A stretch of 64,000 bases of DNA from a virus, in IMG/VR virus record IMGVR_UViG_3300043466_001817, positions 30,096 to 94,095 of that record; one strand, 5' to 3'. How positions within the stretch are numbered: the stretch's first letter is position 1; the number at the start of each line of letters is the position of its first letter. A program made the translations under genes and the position numbers. This document shows positions 27,563 through 35,044 of the stretch, in pieces. The notes under the pieces are model-generated. The model saw only the letters and a program-made list of their open reading frames with translations, did no database searches and was not told the origin of the DNA.

Positions 27563-27646
27563 TAGGACGGGTGAGATTCGAACTCACGGTGCATAAAGCG
27601 GGCAATTATAAGTCGCCTGCTGCTCTCCATCGCAGCACGCCGTCCT
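27563..27646 (-). tRNA. Atypical tRNA-Ile(UAU) with extended variable region
   Basis: GGCGA-CTTATAA-TTGCC; acceptor AGGACGG/CCGTCCT; T-arm GTGAG-TTCGAAT-CTCAC. Confidence 0.72.
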
Positions 27647-27793
27647 GTGTGAAGCCTTTTTACGGATGCTCCTTTGTCCGTGCATTCGCAGAATGCCTCT
27701 GTGCGGTTTTATGACTACCGCCAAAACTTATAATATAATCTGCATTGTGTTTCTCAATAGTGCATTGTAGCACCTCTTTGTTCTGTGTCAAGG

Positions 27794-27867
27794 CGTTTCC
27801 GGGGGGACTCGAACCCTCAACCTGCCGCTTAGAAGGCGGCTGCTCTATCCGGTTGAGCTACGGAAAC
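27794..27867 (-). tRNA. tRNA-Arg(UCU)
   Basis: GCCGC-CTTCTAA-GCGGC. Confidence 0.93.
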
Positions 27868-27960
27868 ATTCGGAAGGAGTACTCTACGGTCTAGGGAATC
27901 CCATTTTCCGACTTTTCGTCCTTCCTTATTGGATGAACTTGAAGAAGTCCATCTCGTTAG

Positions 27961-28045
27961 TGGGATTGGTGGGACTTGAACCCACAAGACTTTTGAGGTC
28001 GGCAGATTTTGAGTCTGCTGCGTATGCCGATTCCGCCACAATCCC
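27961..28045 (-). tRNA. tRNA-Leu(CAA)
   Basis: GCAGA-CTCAAAA-TCTGC, long variable arm; own TTGACA-N17-TATAAT promoter. Confidence 0.93.
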
Positions 28046-28060
28046 GATGCGCCCATTATA

Positions 28061-28336
28061 TCACACTATGGGCGGGTTGTCAACCCTATCTTCTAGGGAG
28101 AATTTTTCTTCAATTTCCTCGAAGAATTCCGAATTGGCTCGGACCACCTGCTCATGGAGCCGGTCAACGTTGAGGCATTGGGCTGCGTTGTCCACCTCAT
28201 CGAAGTACTGATTGATCAGTTCCTTCGGCGGGTTGCCGTTGCCATGGAGAATGTGTTCCATGATGCGGTCTGCGACAATGACCACGCGGTCATAAGCCTG
28301 GAGCGAGCTGATGTAGTGCTGTTCTGAAATCTTCAT
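28061..28336 (-). CDS. Hypothetical protein
   Basis: AGGAGG RBS after tRNA-Lys. Confidence 0.6.
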   Translation of the reverse strand: MKISEQHYISSLQAYDRVVIVADRIMEHILHGNGNPPKELINQYFDEVDNAAQCLNVDRLHEQVVRANSEFFEEIEEKFSLEDRVDNPPIV

Positions 28337-28350
28337 AGTGTCCTCCTGAA

Positions 28351-28423
28351 TGCCTCCGGTGGGGTTCGAACCCACGACCAATAGATTAAAAGTCTACTGC
28401 GCTACCAACTGCGCTACAGAGGC
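28351..28423 (-). tRNA. tRNA-Lys(UUU)
   Basis: TAGA-CTTTTAA-TCTA; own TTGACT-N17-TATAAT promoter. Confidence 0.93.
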
Positions 28424-28462
28424 GAGATGCCCATTATATCCGATGGGCGCGGTGAAGTCAAG

Positions 28463-28858
28463 TCAGTCCTTGTCGTTGTTTCCCAGTTCCTCTTCGATGT
28501 CGTTGATGTACTCCCGCCGGTCGTGGGGGAAGTGCTTGCGCTCCAACTCGCCCGCGAACTCGTCGTAGGTCATGGACATCATGTCGCCCAAGAGCATCAT
28601 GAACGCCGCGTCACCTGCCGTGACATCCTTCGGACGCTCGTTGCGCTCCTTCGCATCCGCGAGTTCCTGGGTCGCGTAGGCCATCGCAGCGGAGGCGACG
28701 AGGCGGAGCTTCTGATCCTTGAAGAAGGTCGGGTTCCGCATCACCAGTTCCACGAGGCTGTAGATCACCTCGTGGATGCTGGGCTTGAACTGCTCCATCA
28801 TGGGGTGCGGCTCGTTGTTGTCGAAGAAGTTGCTGAAGTTGTTCGTCGGGTCAGGCAT
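28463..28858 (-). CDS. Hypothetical early protein
   Basis: GC3-biased ORF. Confidence 0.65.
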   Translation of the reverse strand: MPDPTNNFSNFFDNNEPHPMMEQFKPSIHEVIYSLVELVMRNPTFFKDQKLRLVASAAMAYATQELADAKERNERPKDVTAGDAAFMMLLGDMMSMTYDEFAGELERKHFPHDRREYINDIEEELGNNDKD

Positions 28859-29081
28859 TGTTGGCTTCCTTGATCTGTGCGTGAAGGTTGAGGATGAACT
28901 CGTACTCGTCGTCGGTGGTCATGTCGGGGTCGGCCATCTTGGTCAGCATCACATACGCTGACCCCATTCGCATCACCTTCTCCGGGTCGGTGTCCCAGTC
29001 CGGGTTAGCGAAGATGAAGTCGGAGATGCTGTTCAGCAGGTCGCTGACATTGCAGGTGGTGGGCTTCTTGGGCTTGTTCAT
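28851..29081 (-). CDS. Hypothetical early protein, leaderless
   Basis: TTGACA-N17-TACAAT-N6-ATG. Confidence 0.65.
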   Translation of the reverse strand: MNKPKKPTTCNVSDLLNSISDFIFANPDWDTDPEKVMRMGSAYVMLTKMADPDMTTDDEYEFILNLHAQIKEANNA

Positions 29082-29099
29082 GGTGGTATTGTACCGAAG

Positions 29100-29429
29100 T
29101 CAGAGGGGGCTGTCAAGCAGGGAATAGTCGATATTCGAAACAGAAACCTCGAGGCCCCAATGCTCCAAAGTTTTCTTCATATCGTCCACGAAAGTCAACT
29201 GGAGCATCGGGTCGCAGTCGAAGTTGAGACAGGCGGTGATCATGCAGAACTCGTTCGCAATGTCGAACTGGAAGGTGGGGTTCTGTCCACGGGTCACGGC
29301 GTACCTATCGTCCGCAAAGTTCCATGCATGAAGGTAAGCGTTCGACATCTCCTTGAGGCGCATGGTAGCCCAAGACCGGCTCCGTGCCGTCTTGTGCATA
29401 ACGACGGTGATGTTGCTGTAGAGTGCCAT
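29100..29429 (-). CDS. Hypothetical early protein
   Basis: Coupled (TGATG) to upstream gene. Confidence 0.6.
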   Translation of the reverse strand: MALYSNITVVMHKTARSRSWATMRLKEMSNAYLHAWNFADDRYAVTRGQNPTFQFDIANEFCMITACLNFDCDPMLQLTFVDDMKKTLEHWGLEVSVSNIDYSLLDSPL

Positions 29430-29665
29430 CAGTCGAAGTCCTCGTCATCCACGAAGTCAGATGCGTCGAAGTCGCTCATCTCCGGGATGTCATCGTCGTG
29501 TTCGGTGTAGTCATCGTCCGCGTCGTAGAGGCCGATCATGCGGCGAGCCTCCGCTTCGCTGTAGCCTTCGGCCATCAACTCTTCGATGGCCTCCTCGTCG
29601 GTCATCTCCTCAATGGCGTGGTCGTACTGATCGTCGGTGTTGTCGAAGTCGTTGTCAATGTCCAT
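29429..29665 (-). CDS. Extremely acidic small protein, leaderless
   Basis: TTGCAT-N16-TATACT-N6-ATG; D/E-dominated. Confidence 0.7.
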   Translation of the reverse strand: MDIDNDFDNTDDQYDHAIEEMTDEEAIEELMAEGYSEAEARRMIGLYDADDDYTEHDDDIPEMSDFDASDFVDDEDFD

Positions 29666-29759
29666 GCGCGCAGTATAGCCTATACCGGCGGGGATGCAAG
29701 CGGTAGCATCCAAGAAAACGAAATATATTTTGCGTCCCATAACGTCCAGGTGGTCCGGG

Positions 29760-29822
29760 CTACTATCAGGCGGCGGCCGGTCCTATAAGAAATCAAAAAT
29801 GCCTGGGCATTTTTGATAGTAG
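29760..29822. repeat. CTACTATCAGG-palindrome element, copy 4
   Basis: ATCAAAAATGCC-TG-GGCATTTTTGAT then AGTAG. Confidence 0.9.
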
Positions 29823-29963
29823 TCAAATAAAATGCCCCACCTTGAAGAAGGTGGGGCGTGGGAGCTACCGTCCAAACTCCCGCGTTTCTCCGCACAGCGC
29901 TGTACGGATCTTTTTTATGCCGCTTGTGGCCACACAGGGCATCCGGTTTTGATGGTTTGGGCG

Positions 29964-30197
29964 TTAGTCCTTGAACTCGCATCCCGTCACGACATAGCGA
30001 AGTCCGCCAAGCGTGAAGGTCAGGGTGAACGCGCAGAAGTACATCACGCCAGCGCAGAAGAGTCCGACTGCGTTGAGCAGCCACGAAATGTCGTTGGGGG
30101 CGAGGAATGCGTAGGTAAAGATCATCGGGAGGAACCACGCCGCAATCAGGACGAGGGCACCGATGAAACGGTCGATGTAGGAGGTGGTGAGGTTCAT
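29964..30197 (-). CDS. Small two-helix membrane protein, leaderless
   Basis: TTGACA-N17-TACAAT-N6-ATG; two hydrophobic segments. Confidence 0.65.
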   Translation of the reverse strand: MNLTTSYIDRFIGALVLIAAWFLPMIFTYAFLAPNDISWLLNAVGLFCAGVMYFCAFTLTFTLGGLRYVVTGCEFKD

Positions 30198-30228
30198 GGG
30201 AGTATTGTACCTGGGTTGCAGGCGAATG

Positions 30229-30528
30229 TCAAGCCCAGTTCAGCATCTTCTCCGTCTTGGGCGAGAATCCCATGATCCCGGTGATCTTGTCCTCACCGAT
30301 CAGGATCCAGTCCTTCTTGGTGATGTCGAAGGCGCAGATGTAGCCTTCGGTGGTGTGACGGAGGCCCTTCGGCAGATTGCCGCCGAGGTGACGGATGAAG
30401 GTCGCGTCCGTAGTGACCTCACGGGCAGCGGGAGTGCCGTCCTTCTTCGTGAAAGTGACCATCACGGTGTCGTTGTTGGAGAGCGAAACGCGGAGGACGG
30501 TAGCGAGAGGCAGGTCGGTGGTGTTCAT
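30229..30528 (-). CDS. SH3/WYL-like beta-barrel protein (DUF2693-like), leaderless
   Basis: VTFTKKDGT.A.R..T...AFDITKKDW. Confidence 0.6.
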   Translation of the reverse strand: MNTTDLPLATVLRVSLSNNDTVMVTFTKKDGTPAAREVTTDATFIRHLGGNLPKGLRHTTEGYICAFDITKKDWILIGEDKITGIMGFSPKTEKMLNWA

Positions 30529-30638
30529 GTGAGTATTGTAGCCGGTTGGGGGTGAAAGTCAAGAGGGAAAGAAAGATTTTTTGGTGGTTTCGGGAGGGGG
30601 CGGTAACTCAACCCCCTCCCATCATGCACCACCATGAT

Positions 30639-31040
30639 TTACTGGATCAGGTCCTGCGCGGTGGGGACGCCCTGCTTCTCGAACTTCTCCGCTTCGGCCT
30701 GGAGGATCTCGAAGAACAACTTCGGGCACTTCATCTGCAAGGCGGTGATGTTCTCACCGTTGTCCCCCGCGAGGATCGCGTCCCCGACGAGCGGCTGCTT
30801 GCAGATGATGGAGGCGCGGGTGTTGAAGCGCGGGTTGTCGATGCACAGACCCTCCTCATCGATCCACATCATCGAATCCTCGATGTGGTTCAGCGGGACG
30901 CTGATCGGCTGCACGAGGCGGCACGACATGATCGGGTACATCGACTCCAACGGGTTGTCGGCGTTCAGTTCCACGACGCGGACGGGCTGGTTGATGTCGG
31001 CGGGGATCAGGATGGCGGGGATGGTGGTGATGTTCGACAC
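30639..31040 (-). CDS. DUF3846-like protein
   Basis: LIPAD...MWIDEEGL...FNTRAS...LVGDAILAG; GTG start with AGGAG. Confidence 0.65.
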   Translation of the reverse strand: MSNITTIPAILIPADINQPVRVVELNADNPLESMYPIMSCRLVQPISVPLNHIEDSMMWIDEEGLCIDNPRFNTRASIICKQPLVGDAILAGDNGENITALQMKCPKLFFEILQAEAEKFEKQGVPTAQDLIQ

Positions 31041-31187
31041 GGTGGTGACTCCTGCCCCTGTGGGGCAACTGGGTGATACGCGAATTGTAGCAGGTTGGCT
31101 GGCGATTGCAAGTAGGTAGGTCGCGATTCGAAAGATTTATTTCTTTCCTCGTACCGGCCACAGGGCTCGAGCCCGTCCAGGTGGGCG

Positions 31188-31245
31188 CTACTATCAGGCG
31201 GCGTCCAATAAAATCAGAGGGCCCTAGAGGGCCCTCTGATAGTAG
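31188..31245. repeat. CTACTATCAGG-palindrome element, copy 5
   Basis: ATCAGAGGGCCCT-AG-AGGGCCCTCTGAT then AGTAG. Confidence 0.9.
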
Positions 31246-31396
31246 CCCGAGGGGCTGGCTCAAACTTCTCGAGCCAGTTCCCTCTTTCCCTCCCTCCGCG
31301 CCATCCGAGGGTCGCGGCTCTTCTTGCCCCAAGTCTTGGGGCGGAGCCGGATGCCTTCACGGAAAGCGTCGTGGACGAACTTGCCTGGGCGGTGCT

Positions 31397-31642
31397 TCAT
31401 CGTGTCTCCTCTAGGTCGATCAGGGCGGAATCAATCTTGATCTGAAGGCGGCGAATCGTGTCGCGCTCCGCCTTCGCTTCAGCGTAGAACGCATCATGAG
31501 CTGCGGTTTCCCGGTAGGTGTTCATTTCACGCAGCACATCCACCATAGCGGTGAACATGAAACGGGAAATAATTTCCATTTCGCGCTTCGACAATTCCAC
31601 CTGCATGGCGGGCTTGCGAATTGGCTTGAGGGTGGTGATCAT
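31397..31642 (-). CDS. Hypothetical early protein, leaderless
   Basis: TTGACA-N17-TAAGAT-N6-ATG. Confidence 0.65.
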   Translation of the reverse strand: MITTLKPIRKPAMQVELSKREMEIISRFMFTAMVDVLREMNTYRETAAHDAFYAEAKAERDTIRRLQIKIDSALIDLEETR

Positions 31643-31691
31643 GGTGGTATCTTACCTTCCTGTCCTGTCCCTGTCAATAGGGTAGGGCGGA

Positions 31692-32312
31692 TTACTCCGC
31701 CTTTCCCCTGATGATGATCCACAGAAGCGCCTGCATGTCGGCGGCGGGCATGTTCCACGAATCGGCCATGAGCCGAACGGCAGCGGCGATGGCACGGTAC
31801 TCAACGGCGCTGGGCGCATCCTTCGGCTGGCCAGCGTACTTCGACTTCGGCCCGTAGGTGAGGCCGGCAGCGCGGCACATCCAAATGTCGATCACGACCG
31901 CATCGGGGTCGCCGCCGATGGCACGGGCGAACGCGTTCGTCTTCGGCCCGCGCAGGCCGTCGAAGCCTTCGCGCTGGCAACGGTCCGCAGCGTCCAGCGC
32001 CGAACGCAGGCCCGCAGGGCGCTGGCCCATAGCGTACTCGGCGGCCTTGCGCTTGTTGAGCGCCCAAGTAACGCGGGGCGAGAATGCCGACACGACGCTA
32101 GCGGACACTTCGAGCGTCCACGACGGCGCGATGGTGCAGAGCGATTCCGCGAACGCGTTCGCGTCGCAGTACCATGTGCCCGCCCGCTTGATGTCGGCGG
32201 GCGTGGCCGACGCCAGCAGGGTACGGAAGCGGCCTTCGGCCTCAACGCGGACGGCGGACATGCGGGCGAGGGTAGCGGCGGACGGCTGACGGGTGGTGGT
32301 GGTGGTGATCAT
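31692..32312 (-). CDS. DUF7178-like protein (HhH glycosylase-like fold), leaderless
   Basis: GTWY..AN, SAFSPR..W..N, GPKTNAF, VVIDIWM, MQALLW. Confidence 0.6.
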   Translation of the reverse strand: MITTTTTRQPSAATLARMSAVRVEAEGRFRTLLASATPADIKRAGTWYCDANAFAESLCTIAPSWTLEVSASVVSAFSPRVTWALNKRKAAEYAMGQRPAGLRSALDAADRCQREGFDGLRGPKTNAFARAIGGDPDAVVIDIWMCRAAGLTYGPKSKYAGQPKDAPSAVEYRAIAAAVRLMADSWNMPAADMQALLWIIIRGKAE

Positions 32313-32422
32313 GCGGTAATTGTAACCGAATGGCTACAGAATGCAATAGGGTAGCCCGCTGAAACGCAAAGAATAATTATTCATCGCGGTGCATAGTTAT
32401 GCAGGGCGTCCAGGTCGTCCGG

Positions 32423-32475
32423 CTACTATCAGGCCGTCCAATAAAATCAAGATCGCCGGGCGATCTTGATAGTAG
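32423..32475. repeat. CTACTATCAGG-palindrome element, copy 6
   Basis: ATCAAGATCGCC-G-GGCGATCTTGAT then AGTAG. Confidence 0.9.
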
Positions 32476-32547
32476 CCCACAAACAACCTAGCCCCGAGCT
32501 AATCGGGGCAGGGACGAATCCTCTTCGGTTGTAAGAGCACCACCTCT

Positions 32548-32814
32548 TTAGTCTGTGGCCGGTGCGAGTGCCGCCTCCTGTCCGACGCGGATTCCTGCGC
32601 GGAATGCGTGGATCAGTTCCAGCAGTTCCCGCTTGCTGCGGTAGCCGGGGAAGATGGCGATGCAGGCTCCGTGGGGGCCGACGAGTTGCTGTAGTTGCCA
32701 TCCGCCGTATGCGCCCTGGAGGTAGTACGCACCTGGCGTGGCAGCGGTCGCCCCGACGAGTTGGTTCAGGACGCGGGTGGCGGCTTCAAGGTCGCGGATC
32801 GTGGTGTGCTTCAT
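32548..32814 (-). CDS. Conserved phage early protein
   Basis: TIRDLE...LN...YYLQGAYGGWQL...GYRSKREL. Confidence 0.6.
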   Translation of the reverse strand: MKHTTIRDLEAATRVLNQLVGATAATPGAYYLQGAYGGWQLQQLVGPHGACIAIFPGYRSKRELLELIHAFRAGIRVGQEAALAPATD

Positions 32815-32903
32815 AGTGTGAACCTTACTGTATCGGGGGGCGGGAATCAAGGGGGCAGGAAAGATTTTTTACTTTCTTTCCTGCCCCCCACCGGGGGCTT
32901 GGG

Positions 32904-33308
32904 TTAGATGGTCACGGAGCGGAGGGGGCGCGTCGGGGCGCGGTCGGCCTGCTTCGAGGCCGTGTCGCGTCCGTCGATCCAGTTAGCCGCAGCGAGGAGG
33001 CCGTAGGCGACGGCCCGCATCTCGTTCGCGGTGCAGGAGCAGCCCGCCCGCTCATCGAAGGCACCGAAGAGGTTGAACGACGCCATCCGGTGGTTGGGCG
33101 ACGAGAGGACGCGGACGGCGTAGGGGCCGACCGGGATCATGAACGCCGCAGCCGACTCGTGGTCGAAGCGGATGCGGGTGTAGTTGCTGCGGTTGCTGAT
33201 CGTGCAGTCGCTGATGCGGTTCTCGCGCTCGTTGCTGCGGAGGTTGTCAACGGAGCGCGACGGGCTGAACACGATGTCGGTGGCGCAGGAGAAGGTGGTG
33301 GTGGTCAT
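32904..33308 (-). CDS. Hypothetical early protein
   Basis: AGGAG-N8-ATG. Confidence 0.6.
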   Translation of the reverse strand: MTTTTFSCATDIVFSPSRSVDNLRSNERENRISDCTISNRSNYTRIRFDHESAAAFMIPVGPYAVRVLSSPNHRMASFNLFGAFDERAGCSCTANEMRAVAYGLLAAANWIDGRDTASKQADRAPTRPLRSVTI

Positions 33309-33340
33309 GGTAGATGCTCCTAGTGAGAGGGGTGCGATTG

Positions 33341-33532
33341 TCAAGCGGTAACGCAAGATTCTGCGCGAAACTTTGCCTTGCTCCAGCGCGGGTCGGCATC
33401 GTACCCGTTGGTGAGGAGCAGGTAGCGGAACTCCTCAATGGCCTGGGCCTTGGAGTCAGCGCGAACCGTGGTGGAGTGAATGATGCCGCCGAGGGTGCAG
33501 GTGACGCGGAAGAGTTGGGTGGTGCTGTTCAT
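33341..33532 (-). CDS. Small early protein, leaderless
   Basis: TTGACT-N16-TACCAT-N6-ATG. Confidence 0.6.
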   Translation of the reverse strand: MNSTTQLFRVTCTLGGIIHSTTVRADSKAQAIEEFRYLLLTNGYDADPRWSKAKFRAESCVTA

Positions 33533-33678
33533 GCGTGTATGGTAGCGAATCTACAATGGAAGTCAATACCCTTTCTCAAATATTTCTCGAGCGCCCCCAG
33601 GCGACCGATAACCTACCGGCAGAAATATTTGAGAAAGGGTATTGACTTCGATAGCAAACTTGCTACCATTAGCGCATG
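33530..33678. promoter_or_regulatory. Mirror-symmetric divergent promoter pair with a 29-bp perfect inverted repeat
   Basis: 33559-33587 is the reverse complement of 33621-33649; -10 boxes and ATGs are equidistant from the axis. Confidence 0.9.
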
Positions 33679-33894
33679 GACACCACCCACACCGATTCGC
33701 CCGACAACTTCCCCTGCCAGTGCCACCTGTCGAAGTACGCCTACGAGGACGCGCTCTGCCCCGAGTGCGAGGAGCGGGAGCGGCAGCTCGAAGCCCAGGT
33801 GGAGGCCGAAGCGCTGCGCGCCGAGGCCATGGAGGAGAGGGACTGGGACGCCGATAACGATTGGCTCGCCTCAGCGGGCTGGGGCGAGATGTGA
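33676..33894 (+). CDS. Small acidic protein with CxC..CxxC, leaderless
   Basis: TTGACT-N16-TACCAT-N6-ATG. Confidence 0.65.
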   Translation: MDTTHTDSPDNFPCQCHLSKYAYEDALCPECEERERQLEAQVEAEALRAEAMEERDWDADNDWLASAGWGEM

Positions 33895-33965
33895 GCCCCA
33901 AATAAATCTTCAAACTTCCACCGGCCACCCTTGACATGGGGTGGTCGGTGTGCTAATATGCGCGC

Positions 33966-34133
33966 ATGATCACCACCGACGGTAACGATGAAACCCCCCG
34001 CAAGTACACCGATGGCGAGTACCGGCTGCGGCCCGAGTACCAGGAGGAGCAACACAGCGCCTGTTGGGAGGACCGCTACGGGCCCGACTACGATGACTGC
34101 GACGAGGGCCCTGACTGGGAGGGCGATGACTGA
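33966..34133 (+). CDS. 55-aa acidic protein, leaderless (not in ORF track)
   Basis: TTGACA-N17-TAATAT-N6-ATG; MITTDGNDETPRKY...DWEGDD. Confidence 0.65.
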   Translation: MITTDGNDETPRKYTDGEYRLRPEYQEEQHSACWEDRYGPDYDDCDEGPDWEGDD

Positions 34134-34206
34134 GCCCAGGAAATAAATCGTCAAATTTCCACCGCTACCCCTTGCAACCGAGGGGGCGGTGTGCTATCAT
34201 ACGCGT

Positions 34207-34353
34207 ATGGAAAGCACCACCAACATCGAAGAAACCCCCCGCACCCCGATGGTCATCAATCTGGCCAAGCGCAACGCGAATCCCGATGAGGAGCGGGAAT
34301 TCGCGGAGGGACCGGATGAGGACACCTACTGGGACTGGTACTGGGGCCAGTAA
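34207..34353 (+). CDS. 48-aa acidic, Trp-rich protein, leaderless (not in ORF track)
   Basis: TTGCAA-N17-TATCAT-N6-ATG; MESTTNIEE...DTYWDWYWGQ. Confidence 0.65.
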   Translation: MESTTNIEETPRTPMVINLAKRNANPDEEREFAEGPDEDTYWDWYWGQ

Positions 34354-34363
34354 CCCCCCAGGC

Positions 34364-34401
34364 ACTCAGAGGCCCCCGCAAGGGGGCCTCTGAGTTTATT
34401 T
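34364..34401 (+). terminator. Rho-independent terminator
   Basis: ACTCAGAGGCCCCC-GCAA-GGGGGCCTCTGAGT then TTATTT. Confidence 0.85.
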
Positions 34402-34792
34402 GATAATCTTTCCAACCGGCCCTTGACAGCATGGGTCGGTTGTGCTATAGGCAGGGGGGGGGTAGGGGTGCCCAAGGAGTCTGACGGAAGTTGCAGCAAA
34501 GGTTCGTTTGGTGCAAGGGGGGTGGGGTCTCAGCGCCGTGTCCAAACAGTATTTTGGGTCCCCTTTGGGATTTGGAACGTTCGAGGGGCCAGCACCCACC
34601 CCCTCTAATATTCTTTAAATTTTCTCAAATATTTTCAAATATATTCAAAGTTCCTCAAATATTCTCAAAGTCATCTGTCCACTCAATTTAAAAACGACCC
34701 CCTACCTCTAAAAACCATGTATGGTCAAAAAAATTTTTGGGCGCAAAAAGGCTCTAAAAGGTTCACTATAAATATTCTTTTAAGGAGATATC

Positions 34793-34963
34793 ATGTTAGG
34801 AAAAATTAAAAAGTTTGTTAAGTCCGTATCATCCACCACTTGGATGATCATCGCTGTTGGAGTTGTTGCATTCGTTATTCTAAGCCTTTCCAACTGCCAC
34901 GGAAAGCCTCATAAGAAGCATGGTGAGGCAAAGGCTCATGTAGAGGCTCCTGCTGCTCAGTGA
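34793..34963 (+). CDS. Small membrane or lipoprotein-like late protein
   Basis: TATAAATA, AGGAG; basic N-terminus, hydrophobic helix, LSNC; terminator at about 34990-35022. Confidence 0.55.
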   Translation: MLGKIKKFVKSVSSTTWMIIAVGVVAFVILSLSNCHGKPHKKHGEAKAHVEAPAAQ

Positions 34964-35044
34964 GCCTATAAGTCAATCTAGGACCAATAAAAAAGGGATC
35001 CAGAAATGGATCCCTTCTTTTTATCTAAAAATTTGTATTAAATT

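Noticed and set aside
22931-32475. Repeats as a CRISPR array or integron attC sites
   Set aside because: Spacing is 1.2-2.7 kb, inner sequences vary, there are no GTTRRRY/RYYYAAC cores, and no cas or integrase gene is in the window.
22100-34760. Island as an integrated prophage, ICE or transposon
   Set aside because: No integrase, transposase or att duplication seen, and content is typical of T4-like phages. A chimeric assembly cannot be excluded without reads.
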